Positions 40,442 through 54,700 of a stretch of 64,000 nt of DNA are shown piece by piece. Where the stretch lies: contig NC_042998.1 of NCBI RefSeq assembly GCF_006345805.1, positions 144,708,001-144,772,000 on the forward strand, in the 5' to 3' direction. Made by a program: the position numbers and the translations under genes. The notes under the pieces are model-generated. The model was not told the DNA's origin. It made no database searches and saw only the letters and a program-made list of their open reading frames with translations. This DNA comes from Octopus sinensis. Lineage: Eukaryota. Numbering within the stretch: the first letter of the stretch is position 1; each line of letters opens with the position of its first letter.

Positions 40442-43400
40442 CTACCTCGTTGACAAATGACAGTGACCTTCTCTTCGTGGCAGGTGACTTCAATGGACAT
40501 GTTGGACGGCATGTCGGGGGCTTCCATGGCATACACGGGGGCTACGGTTTTGGTTCTCGCAATGAGGAGGGAACCAGGCTGCTGGAGTTCTGCAATGCAA
40601 ATGATCTTATGATTTGCAATACCAACTTCAGGAAACCCACCTAGTCACCTACCATTCTGGCAGACACACTAGCCAGATCGACTACATCCTCGCCAGAAAG
40701 AGGGAAAGAGGGCTGCTTATAAATGCCAAAACCTTCCCAGGCAAGGAATGTACTCCTCAACATAGATTAGTAGTTAGCGACTTCAGGATCAGGGCCAAAT
40801 GGCTGCTCAGAAGAAGACCAGCTCGGAGGAGAAGAGTCTGGAAACTTAAAGATCCTGTAAATGGACGGAGATTTAGAGAAGTTCTACTCGAAGCTTTCGA
40901 CGAAATAGAAGGGGATATAGCATCACATAATGTGGAAGCCAACTGGAGGTTTCTACGGGACAATCTGCTGAGAGCCACTGACCAGATCTGTGGATGGAGC
41001 AAAGTCCCATCTCGTCCCAGGGTAACGTGGTGGTGGAACAATGTTGTAGACAGGGCTATTAGAGACAAGAGACAGGCTTGGAAGGACTGGAGGAAAGGCA
41101 GTAGTAGGGAATTGTATCAGACTGCGAAAAGAGAAGCTAGGAGACAGGTATATTTAGCTAGAGGGGAAGCAGGTAAGAAAAAATTTGCAAATGTTCTGTG
41201 CCGTGAGGGCCAAAGACTTGAGGTGTTTCGTGTTGCAAGACAGTGTGTGAGAGAGAATCGTGATGTGGTAGGAGAGAAATCTGTTCGCATGGATGATGGT
41301 TCACTTGCGCTAAATGAGGATGCAAAGAGAGAGGTTTGGAGATGCCACTATGAAAGGTTGTTCAACAAAGAGAATGAATGGGATAAAGAGAGTCTGCCGA
41401 ATGTCGACCCAATAGAGGGACCAGCGATCTGAGTTGACAGTTCCATGGTAGTTAAGGCAATTGGAAGCATGAAGACAGGGAAAGCCCCAGGCCCATCAGG
41501 AATTACTGCTGAGATGCTCAAAATATCTGGCAGTGTCGGCTATAGCCTAGTCACCCATATAGTTAACCAGGTGTTACACGAAGGAGTCATACCCAATGAC
41601 TGGTGTAGTAGCATAATAGTCAACTGCTACAAAGGTAAAATTGATGCCCTAGATACAAGTAATTACAGAGGTATCAAGCTGTTGGATCAGGTAATGAAGG
41701 TTACGGAAAGGGTCAGAGCCCAACTGATTAGAGAGAGAGTCAACCTAGATGAGATGCAGTTTGGTTTTGTGCCAGGGAAAAGCACCACTGATGCCATATT
41801 TCTGGTGAGACAGCTGCAGGAGAAATACCTAGCCAAAGATAAACCTCTGTATCTGGCTTTCGTTGACTTGGAGAAAGCCTTTGACAGGGTCCCCTGTTCC
41901 CTTATCTGGTGGTCAATGAGGAAACTAGGGATAGATGAATGGTTAGTGAGAGCTGTGCGTGCCATGTACAGGGACGCTGTTAGTAAGGTGAGGGTTGGCA
42001 ACGAGTACAGTGAAGAATTCCGGGTGGAGGTTGGGATCCACCAAGGCTCAGTCCTCAGCCCCCTCCTATTTATCATAGTCCCCCAGGCAATAACGGAGGA
42101 ATTCAAGACAGGATGCTCCTGGGAGCTCCTCTATGCTGACGACCTTGCTCTAATTGCTGAATTACTATCAGAACTCGAGAAGTTTCAGGCGTGGAAACAA
42201 GGATTAGAATCGAAGGGCCTTAGAGTCAATCTAGCTAAAACCAAAGTCCTCATAAGTAGGAAGGTAGACAAAACTCAAACGCCTTCAGGTAGATGGCCCT
42301 GCCCAATCTGTAGAAAAGGTATAGGTAGAAACTCTATAAGATGCACCAAGTGTAAGCTATGGACACATAAGAGGTGCAGCAATGTCAAAGGAAGGCTAAC
42401 TAGGAAGATAGTTTTTGTATGTGGCAGATGCTCTGGTGCAATAAACACTGAAAATGCGCAGAGACCATCTTCCGCCACATTCCAGGGAGAAAAACTTGAA
42501 ATAGTTGATAGTTTCCGTTACCTAGGTGACCAAGTCAGTAGCTGGGGTGGGTGTGCCGAAAGTGTAACTGCTAGAGTAAGAATAGCCTGGGCAAAGTTCA
42601 GAGAGCTCTTACCTCTGCTGGTGACAAAAGGCCTCTCGCTCAGAGTAAAAGGCAGACTGTACGAAGCATGTGTGCGAACAGCCATGCTACATGGCAGTGA
42701 AACATGGGCCGTGACTGCTGAGGATATGCGTAAGCTCGCAAGAATGAAGCCAGTATGCTCCGTTGGATGTGTAATGTCAGTGTTCATACCCGACAGAGTG
42801 TAAGTGCCTTGAGAGAAAAGTTGGACCTAAGAAGCATCAGACGTGGTGTGCAAGAGAGGCGTCTACACTGGTATGGACACGTAGTAAGAAAGGCTGAAGA
42901 TAGTTGTGTGAAAAAGTGCCACACCCTAGCGGTTGAGGGAACCTGTGGAAGAGGTATCCCAGGAAAACCTGGGACGAGGTGGTGAAGAATGACCTTCGCT
43001 CTTTAGGTCTCACCGAGGAAATGACCAGAGACCGAGACCTTTGGAAGTATGCTATGCGCGAGAAGACCCGGCAGGACAAGTGAGGCCATAACCCATGGCC
43101 CCTACCTGGGACGTAGTCAGTCCACCTGTGCATACCTTCCTTCTTGGGATACATAACTCTACTTGTGAAGACCTGTTGAGGCAAGTGAAAATCAAAAATC
43201 AAATCAAAATCAATGAACGTCAATGGAATTTGTAGTTTTGTGGTGGCACATAAGAAAACCATCTTAACGTGGCCGTAGCCAGTACCGCATCGACTGGCCT
43301 CCATGCTGGTGGCACGTAACAAACACCATCCAATCGTGGCCGTTCGCTAGCCTCGTCTGGCACCTGTGTCGGTGGCACATAAAAAGCACCCACTACACTC

Positions 43401-46400
43401 ACGGAGTGGTTGGTGTTAGGAAGGGCATCCAGCCGTAGAAACACTGCCAGATCTGACTGGCCTGGTGCAGCCTTCGGGCTTCCCAGACCCCAGTTGAACC
43501 GTCCAACCCATGCTAGCATGGAAAGCGGATGTTAAACGATGATGATGATGACACACACACACACACACATATATATTATTAAATATATGTAAGCATATAT
43601 GTACTTGTGTGTGTGTGTATCTATCATCATATCAACATCCACTTTTCCATGCTTGCATGGGTTTTACTGAAGCAGATTTTCTACAGTGGGTCCTTCCTGT
43701 CGCCAACCCTCATCTGTATCCAAGATAATATTTACCCACAACCAGGCATGCTCTCACAGAATACTGGAAATGAATGACACTGGTTGTATGACAAATGACA
43801 ATCATTTACAGATGTCATACAATGGGCTTCTGTCAGTTTCTCTCTACCTAATCCACCTACAAGGTTTTGGTCAATCCAGGGCTTTAATGGAAGACATTTG
43901 CCCAAGATGATACACTGTGTGTGTGTGTGAGTGTGCGCATGCAAGTTTTTAGTATTTTGTGATGATATTGTGATTGTTGTAAATGAATGTTATTCACTTC
44001 TAATATTCTGTGAAAACATTTGATCAAATCTTTAAATAATCATGTTAAGCTACACTATGCTGCCCTCATACAATTCTTTAGAGTATGTCAGAGAGTACAG
44101 TATGTGTGTTAGCTAGGTGGAGACAGTGTCATTGGAAGGAAGGCACTATGGACTGTACCTCATTATCTAACCAGCCAAATGTGTGCCAGAGGACTGCTTG
44201 ATCAGAGTCAAGCTACATTTCACTAAGACATATTAGGTGGTGTATATATGATACAAGCACATTTTATATAGGTTTGAGAGGTCATGGATTTCCAGTTTCT
44301 CAGTAAAAGCTTGCTTACCTTTAGTTCTTCTAGAAGTCGCTGTTCCTTGCTCTCCAGTAACTTATTGTCCACATTTTCTTGGTCTAACTGATTCTCTAGT
44401 TCCTGTGAAACATAAATAACATTTAATCCCACATAAACATCAAAAAGATATTGGGGTTGCAGTCTACATGGATAACATTTACTCTATCTCTATATAATAA
44501 TTGTTCCTAATTATGGTACAAGGCCAGGGATTTTGAGGAGATGGGGTAAGTTGATTACATCAACCCCAGTATTTGACTGGTACTTTATCAACACTGAAAG
44601 GACGACAAGCAAAGTTGACCTTGGTGGAATCTGAAACCAGAACATAAAGAGCCAGAAGAAATGCCCCTAAGCATTTTATCCAAACCAGTAACAACTCAGC
44701 CAGCTCATTTCCTTATATCTCTCCATAATAATAGCTGATATATATGCTGGTTAGTTGATTGTTTTCCAGTCATGCTTTACATCATTATAAAGAGAGGGGG
44801 GAAAATGTAAAAAGAGATATGGAGAGAGTTAACACAAGAGGTGGCTGATTAGTGTATAGACTAGATTTGGTATGCGTGAAAGAAAGAGAGAGGGAGTGTA
44901 ACTTCTGTTTGGTACCCCAACACCTTTCTGAAAGATATACAAATTTTTTTAATGAAATTTTGCAGAGATCGGTTTTTGATGGAGTAAATTGCAATTATGT
45001 TGATAAAATTTCTAAAAATATTAACATATTTATTGCAGCATATATTTATACAAATAAAAAATTTGTTTCGTTTAATTTTATTTTATGGCAATAAATATTT
45101 TTCCTTTAAAACTTAGTATTATTTAAAACTTAGTATTCATTATTTTGTATAAGCAATAAGAAATTTGATAAAAGTTAAATTATAATTATTGTATGAGTGC
45201 CATATTTCCAGATAGTAGCCACTGTGACAAAAATATACTTCCAAATTTACCTGTTAAATGATGGTTAACACTAGTATGTCACATAAACACTACATTTGAT
45301 GATGCATGGGCATATTAAACACACACCAATTTCAGCAATACATAATTCAGGAAAGTTAACTTTTCAGTGCATTAAAGTCAGAGGAGACCCAACTTTGCAT
45401 ACTACAACCAGGGTGATTTGAGACAGTCGTTTTTTTTTGGGGGGGGGGGCATCTTATATGCTATTGGATGCAATAACATGCAACCTGTACATTGAGGTAC
45501 ACGTATAACTGTAGAGTTAGACTTCATTTTGTTACCATGTAGTCTCAAGTTCTATTTGACAGTATGGCACCTTGGAACCTCAAGTTCACCAATGCCTTGT
45601 AAGTGGACTTTGTAGAAGCCAGCAATGGAAACCCATCATATGTGTGTGTATATTTATATCTTAGCATACCCATGTCATCAAAAATACTGACTGTTTTATT
45701 AATGATAAAAAATGGCACATCAAAACAATGGGAGAAACTCTTGATAAATGTCAGTGATTGAATAAATATATGCATATACACAGAATTGAAGTTTTCGAAC
45801 AATTAAATATGGTGGTAATGTCTCAGTTGAAAATATTATCCTCCATGTAATATATTATGAAACATCTGCTTTTCCATACTTGCATGGAACAGACAGATTT
45901 TGTGTAATTAGATGCCATTCTTGTTGCCAACCCTCATCTGTTTCCAAGTAAGGCCATGTTTCACCATACCCAAATGTGATTACATTGAAGACTGGAAACG
46001 AAGAACAGCTCTTGCATGATGGTGATACTTGCTTACAACTACTGCCCAATGTCAAGGCAAAGAGGCAGTAAAACAAGTGCACATGCTTGCACACACACGA
46101 GTTGATTGTTGGTGTAACCATTATGTTCTGGTGGTCTCATAAGCTAGCTTTTCTTCATCTCCACTGATTTAAAGAATATACAATTGTATAGTATAATACC
46201 AAGCATACATAGTAATGCAAAAATGTAAGCATATCTTCCACACCAAAATTAATACTACATGAGGAATTTTGCAAAATGATCACAATCCTAAGGATGGCAA
46301 GTGGTTAAATATATATTCACCTCTCAAATCTCCTAATTTTTATGGTTTATATACATACACACACACACACACACATACCCACCTACCTACATACATACAT

Positions 46401-47561
46401 ACATACACATGTATATATACATGGTGGGCTTCTTTCAGTCTCTGTTCACTAAATCTATTCACAAGGGTTTGAAATGACTCCAGTACTTATTTTTAAGCCA
46501 GGTACTTATTCTGTCAGTTTCTTTGGCTGAACTGCTAAGTTATAGGAATGTAAACAAACCAAGTGGTGGTGGGAGAGAAACATGCACAAAGATGCATATA
46601 TACACAAGACAGACTTCTTTCAGTTTCTGTCTATGAAATCTACCCACAAGGCTTCAGTTGATCTGGGGTTATAATGTAATCAAGGAACAAACTTTTTACC
46701 ACACAGCCATACACACAAACATGCATATGTACATTGATGCATGTGCATACATATACATGTGTATTATCTTTTACTTGGAAATAAGGGTTAGAAACATGGG
46801 AAAAAATGAAAGAGTGTGTGTGTGTGTATATAAATGCAACATGAATGATATTTTGAAAACAAAACAGTAATATTTAATTTCATATATGTGTGTGAAATTG
46901 GTGAAGTAAATATTATTTGATAAAAATTTACACAGTAACTTCAGAATAAAACCTCTCACTACACTTTGCCTGCATTTAGTGTCTCTGACTGTCACTCACT
47001 TCCACTCTATTTGTTGTTTTAGTTTTCCTTTGACAGAATGAATGATAGGACACACATTACATTTTATTATATGTAAGAGGTGTGTGTGTGTTTACCCTTT
47101 GCACTTTCACAGCACAGCAGTGGAAAATGTAAAGGATATCTTATTCTGAATGTTTTGAAAGGTACAAAACCAAGAGATGATTTGTTGGCAAGAGAAATGA
47201 CAACAGCATCTCTGCTTTGTAGTTCAGGATTTGGAAGAAGTGCAAATGCAATCCAATACACAGACACACACACACAGTGGATGAAGGCACACCATGCTAG
47301 CCACATGCTATTTATTACAGCATGTCACAACTTACAGTATAATTGTTAGCTAGGTGGAGGCATAGTGCAATAAGGAGGCGGCCACTCTGAGTGTGTAAAC
47401 ACACACACAAGTAACTGGCTTATTTCAGTTTCTGTCAACTAAATCAACTTGTAAAATTTGTTTGGCCTAGAGCTATAGCAGAAGGCACTTGTCCAAGGTG
47501 CCATTCAGTTGGACTGAACCTGAAACCACTTGGTTGGGAAACAAACTTCTTAACCATACAA

Positions 47562-47610
<49 letters not shown>

Positions 47611-50600
47611 GTTAGCAAGTCTTATCAGAAACAATTTACCAGAATATGACAGTTTCCATTCAGATACCTGACCTTTAGCACATTTACAAAATTGAATGTA
47701 GCTGATTATTCAATGTATGAATATATGATTGGTCAAATGACAAACACAAACTTAACATATAGCATTGAATAAGAGAGAAGGTCAAAGCCTTCAGCCTTGT
47801 GGCTTCTAAATTTCTACTAGTTTACATTGGTCTTTTGTCTTTTCATGAATGAACTCAGTAATCTTGGTGATAAAAATAATTAAACACTCACCTTAATCTT
47901 TGTCAGAAGCCGCTGTTCATTGTTTGCTTTCAGATTCTCCTTATCATCAAGAATGTTTTCCAGCTCCTAAGGTTTTAAGACAACAGAGCGAAAGTGAAAA
48001 AAGTTATTCATTATACTGTCTTTGTATCAATGTACATACACACACAGACATGGCAGAAAGGTTAAGGAGCTTGCTTCCCAACCATGTGATCTCTGGTTTA
48101 ATCCCATAGTATGGTACATTGCACAAGTGTTTTCTACTATAGCTCTGGGTTGACCAAAACCTTGTGAGTGTCTGCATCTCCTTCACATGACATAGCATGA
48201 TAGCTGTAAATGAGCATTACTGCAGCATCTCTTTCCAACCTGCTATGCAAACATGCCAGTCAATGAGGCAATATTATCTTGCTTGGAAACAGGTGAGAGT
48301 TGGCAACAGAAAGAGCATCCAGCAGTAGATAATGTGTCTGCCTCAATGAATGCTGCCTAACCCTTGCAAACAAGATAAAGTGGATATTAAATGATGATGA
48401 TCACACACATACACTTCCATAGAGGTCATGGTGATAGTAAGCTGATGAAAATAAGATTGACATGTAAACCTGAGAAGATCAGTCATTATCATTAATTGGG
48501 AGGTGTTTGACCATCACGTCAACATTGGTAAGATGACCATCAAGAAAGTAAAGATGCTTGTAAGTTTTCATGTCTTTTGTCTTGGGATTTTCTCTATTTT
48601 TCCATGCTAGCATGAATCAGACCAGCACATTCGTAGATTTCAAAGTGGGTGCAACCATGCTTGGGACAATGAGATGATTTGGTATGGCTGACTGGAAATG
48701 CAATCTGTTGTGGTGATTACTTTTTGGAGTTAAGCATACATAGAAATATACATATACAGATAGACAGACAGATAAATAGAAAGAGAGAAAGTTACAATTT
48801 ATTAATAGAACATGATTGACACTCTCCTACACATAAAGAGAAATATGCTCACACACAAACAGAGATAGGAAGATGGTTGGATGGATGGACAGTGAGAATA
48901 AAGGAAACATTAAAATGCCTGATGCTAAATAAGTCAGTATTAAATCAGTGATGCCAAATAAGTGGCGGTGGTGCCAAAATGCCTTGTATCACCTACCACC
49001 CAAAGGGTTGTGAGAATTTTTTTTTTTCATGTGTAGTGGGAACAGAGTTGCATATGAAATCTGAGTGATAGATGCAGTTTTTAACAGCCTTAATTTTCAA
49101 AAAGAATAGTTTTCATTTTTATTCTGTGCAAAATGCTTTGACATTCTATATTATATTCATGAAATGACTAATGTACACGTAATCTTTTAATGGTTATCAA
49201 CCTGCCAGCAGCTATTTATTGTGGGATATTTGATTTCATTGAAAGGTAGCAATGGTGTGTTGAAATAGTATTTGTAAAAGAAAGAACAAGGGTGATAGTT
49301 AAAAAATTTTCACAGCATTGGCTTAAATGAATATTATTCAAGTATATTGTTTTTACAGCTGCAAGATCTTCCTGTTCTAATCTGTATCTGTTTTTTTCCT
49401 CTTTTTTACTTTGTTTTGCAAGTAAAAGAATTTTCATTCCCCTCATTTTCAAAAGCGTGGAACCAGATTGACTTGTTGATAACACTGCCCATAGTTGAGT
49501 GATTTTTTTGTGTTAGAGCAGGATATAAACATTCACATACATTCTAACTAACAAATTCATACACAAAGCATTGGTCAACCCAGGCTATAGTAGAAGATAC
49601 TTGCATAAGATACCTGCAGTGGAACCAAACACAAAACCACATGGTTGATAAGCAAACTTCTTAACCACAGCTGTGTGTGCATGCACATGCACAAAGAAAA
49701 CATAATGAATAACATTTTTCTTTTTCAGTGAGACTGAACCTGAAACCATATGGTTATGAAAGCAAATTCAACAAATTATATTCTATTTGTTTGCTTTAAT
49801 CTACTCTACTTTCAGTGACAACACTACAGCTAAATAGACTCAAGCAAACAGGAGAATAGAATATATGGTGCCATGGAAGAAATGACAACAATACAAGAAC
49901 AAATGGAAAAACTAAACAAGATTCCTTAGAAAAGGTTTAGTTTTGAAAAGAGGTAATTATGGAATAAAAACTATGGTATCTCTTGTGAGAGTATCATCTG
50001 AATAAAAATAAAAGAAGGTAAAGTTGGTAATTGACCTTGATTTTTCGTAAATGTTGTTTTTCTCGTTCATCTGACAATTCCTTCTCATTACTCTTCTTTT
50101 CTAATTGCTTTCTCAGTTCCTGAAAAAAATGACAATTGCAACTAATAGTTATTAAAAATTTCATTACTTTTCAACAAAAATTAAAATAAGTTTCTAATTT
50201 TAGCACAACGCCAGCAATTTTAGTGAGAAGATATTAGACAATTACATCAACTCTAATGCGTGACTAGTACTTATTTTATCACCTCTGCGAGGATGAAAAG
50301 CAATGCCAATCTCTGAAGAATTTGAACTGAGAATATAAAGAGTCAGAGGAAATGTCATTAAGCATTTTGTCCAATTCATTAATGATTGTCAGCAGGCTGC
50401 CTTTGTTTCAAATTTTAACACAAGCAAATCCATCAACAGAATTAACTCTTACCTCAATTTTGTTTTCAAGTACTAATGTAACCGATTCCTCATCTCTTGT
50501 AATTTTGTCAGTCACTGCCTGAAAATATTAACACATAAAATAGAATTAAGATTGTTTTAACGTTATTTTTGGCTTCCAACTAAACACACTTTAAGACCAC

Positions 50601-51712
50601 ACATTTTCTATTAATATCAGGTGGTATCAAACGGTTCACAGACTAGTTATGTTTAATAAGTTTAACGTCATCTCCTTCGAAATAGTCACCTTGCACTGCA
50701 ATACAGCAGTCCCAGCATTCCTGCCACTTTTGGAATCTGTCCTGGAAGACATTTTCATTAAGTTAGTCAAGGACCTTCTGCGATTTACTCTTGATCTCAA
50801 CAACAGTATTAAAATGGTGACCTTTGAGCTGCATTTTCATCTTGGAGAAGAAATGGAAGTTTGCAGATGCTAAATCTGGCAAAAAGGGTGGGTGCGGAAG
50901 TGATACCATGTTGTTGACAAGAAACTCACGAGTGAGATCTTGGTGACAGGGTGCACTGTTGTTGTGAAGAATCCAAACATCAGGATTGCTTGCATGGACC
51001 CTTAAGACAGACCAACAACATCATTGATTGTCCACTGAGGATCCTCATGCACAAGCTGATGAATTTTCTCCATATTTCCAGGGGTGATGCATGTGGCAGG
51101 TCTTCCAGATTGCTCATTGTCTTCCAGGGATGTTCTTCTGCTTTTGAAGCACCCATTGCATATGACCGACTGCCTTGTTGCTGTAAGCTTGCTGAAGCAT
51201 GCTCAATGTCTCTGTAGCAGACTTCCCAAATTTTAATGCAAAATTTCACATTGGCTCTTTGTTTCAACTTCCTGTTCATGACAAAATCACTGACTACAAC
51301 ATACACAATCACAAAGAAACAAATTTCACAACTTGCAAAGTAAACACAGTGATGTCACTTGGCAAACTGACCCATGAAGGTCAATGCTAGCTCTCACTGT
51401 GCATGCAACTGTTTGTTACTATCTGTTAGTGTGCTACAGTTCGGGAACTTTTTGATACCATCTCATATTTAGTAAATTAAAACAACTCTGAGCAAAGTAA
51501 CTAGTATCTTTCTTATATCTTTTACTTGTTTCAGTCATTGGACTGTGACCATGAGGGACACAGCTTTGAAGAATTTTTAGTCAAATAAATCGGCCAAGTA
51601 CTTTTTTCTAAGCCTTGTACTTATTCTATCAGTTTCTTTTACCAAACCACTAAGTTACAGAGATGAGAACACACTAACACCAGTTGTCGGGCAGTGGTGG
51701 AGGACAAACACA

Positions 51713-51753
<41 letters not shown>

Positions 51754-54700
51754 ATATATATATTTATACAACAGGCTTTAGTTTCTGTTTACTAAATCCA
51801 CTCACAAGGCTTTGATTGGCCTGAGGCTACAGTAGAACACACCTGCCCAAGGTGCCATGCAGTGGGACTGAACCTGGAACCATGTGGTTGGGAAGCAAGT
51901 TTCTTACCACATAGCCATGCCTGCACCTTTTAGTAATTGCTATTATTCATCATTGACATTAAATGTCAATGATGAGTAATAGCAATTTGGTCTTAAATAT
52001 GCATGTATCTTCCCAACAGCAAAACATTTGTTTCTGTCTGTCATACTTTAAGCTCTTATCACCTAGTACAAAGCAACTTCCCTCAATACTACCCCGCCTC
52101 CCTATGTTTTGCAAGTTACTTGGTGACCATGCCAATGCCAAGTAAAAAGCACCCAGTACACTTTGTGAAATGACTGATGCTAAGAAAGGAAGCTAGCCAT
52201 ATAAACTATACCAGAACAGACACTGAGGTTTGACACAGTCCTCATTTGCCAGCTCCTGTTGAACCACTCAGCCCATGTTAGCTTGAAAAGTAGATGTTAA
52301 ATTATTATAATGAAAGTACTGTACTTAAACCCTCATCCCATGATCTACATTGCTCATGGAGTCTACAGTAGTGCAAAGAGAAGGAATATTAGAAATTTTC
52401 TTCAAAGAGGGAGAGAGGGAAGGGAGAGAAGAAGAAGAAGAAGGAGGAGGAGGAGGTAACGCAAAAGTGTATTTTTAATGTTCTATACTGCTGATTTTGG
52501 ATTCAGATATTCCATAGGTACAATTTCAATATTTCAGAATCATGAATTGACAACATAAGCCTACTTCAGTAAGAAGTGGGTGGGGGGATATTAAAAGTTA
52601 AAAGATGGTGATGATAATGGTAAATTTTCCTTGTGAATAAATTCAATGTGTAACATATTTCATTGAAACAGTCTCACATGCTGGAGGAAGAAGAAGAAGA
52701 GAAAAAAAAGAAGAGGCAGAGTAAGAAGAAGGGGAAGAAAAGGAAGAAAACTATGAAGCAAAATTCAGACAACACAGTAAACCAAAATCTATTTCAGTCA
52801 CAGTATAGAAGCCAATACTGCTTACAGATGTTAATATTAAGTCAGAGTCAATTGGAAAATAGGAAAGAAAACCCATCCCATAAAAAAAAACCCAAAAAAC
52901 CTGTCACTTATCAATGTTCTTTGCTATCGTATTTTTAACACTTAACCTACCAGCATTCTAAAATAGAATTCAAACAAAAGAAAAAAAAAACACAAACTAA
53001 AAATTTGCCATAGCTTTAAATTTATTGGCCAAAGACTTAGTGAATGATGCTGTCATGTCATCATTTTTAAAAAACCAAGTTGAAAAACCATTCCACATCA
53101 ATGAAGATCAAAGCAGCAAATTTTGTGAGTTGTTTGGATTGTCAGTAATTATTATTTTAGGGTTCAACTTCTCTTGCAAGAGTTGTTTCATCTAATTTAG
53201 TAGAAATCATAGACCATATAAATGATATATATAGATATATACAGGCAAACACACTTTCTCAATACTGAAGTATGTATGTGGCAATGGAGGAAAGTATATA
53301 GACTTATATGGAATAAACATCTTTATATAAAGTATATTGAGAGAGATTCCAACATTTGTATGATATTGGAATATAGTTGGTATCTTATTAACCACTCAAC
53401 AATGACATGAAAGTACTTAGTTTTCAACAAGGTAGACTGACTAAAATACAATAATATTTCTGACCTGAAGTACAACTAATGTAGTAATATTAGAACTCAT
53501 GATCATCTAATGCAGTGGTTCCAAACCTGTTGTTTGCAGATCCCTGGTGGTCTGCAAAGGTAGTACTAGGGGTCTGTGAACATGTTGAGCTGACAGACCT
53601 TTCAATATTCTGGGGTCTGTAGGAAAATTCATTTAAATAAAAGGGGTCCTTGGTAGTGAAAAGGTTGGGAACCACTGATCTAATGCTTTAATTACATACA
53701 TAAGGAAAAGTAATAAATTTATAAACCAAGAAATGAAATGGAAAGCCTGCTGATAATACTTTTCTCTAAACTCATGGATTATTTTCCATCTTATATTTGA
53801 TAAGAGAAATCTTTCTCAAAATATAATACAAGCATTATTAAACAACCTGTCAATTAAATACAATGTATTGTCTTTATTTTTAATTATTGGTATCACCTTA
53901 TACATGTTGCCTAATTCTCACCTGCATAGCTTAGAGGTCCCCCCCTCCCAAATATCATTTACAAGAAATCATCATCATCATTTAATGTCCACTTTCTATG
54001 GGCTGGTGGCACTGGCATCGGCCACACTTGAATGGTGCTTTTTATGTGCCACTGGCATTGGCCATGACAATGATTTCACTTGACTCAACAGATCTTCTGA
54101 AGCACAGCATATTGCCTGATGATTGAAGGGTAGTTTAAATGGGTCGGTTATGTGACACTGGTATTGGCCACAGCTATGATCTCACTTGGCTTGCTGGGTC
54201 TTCTCAAGCACAGCATATCTCCAAAGGTCTCGGTTGCTTGTCATTGCCTCTGTGAGGCTCAATGTTTGAAGGTTGTGCTTCACCACCTCATCCCAGCACT
54301 TCCTGGGTCTACCTCTTCCACAGTTTCCCTCCACAGTTAGGGTGGGACTTCTTCACACAGCTGTCCTCATCCATACATAACACATGACCATACCAGTGCA
54401 GTTGTCTCTCTTGCACACCACATCTGATGCTTCTTACATCCAACTTTCCTCTCAAGGCGCTTACACTCTGTTGTATATGCACACTGGCATTACACATCCA
54501 GCAGAGCATACTAGCTTCATTTCTTTACAAGAAATATGTACCATTAATCAAGATAAAAGAGTGATTAGTCTCAGAAAAGTGTGTAAAGTGATTAAAGTTA
54601 TGAAACTAGATGTCATTTCCTAGTTATTAACAGAAGAAATCAGTTATTCAAGGCTAAGTAAAAGGGTTATGGTATCTCTGAATTATAGCAAAATTTAAAT

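Noticed and set aside
49216-49485. ORF with KKEEKNRYRLEQEDL resembling the coiled-coil repeat
   Set aside because: No suitable splice sites or 84-nt unit; more like a decayed hAT C-terminus.
52663-52938. K/E-rich plus-strand ORF
   Set aside because: Low-complexity (GAA)n-type microsatellite translation.
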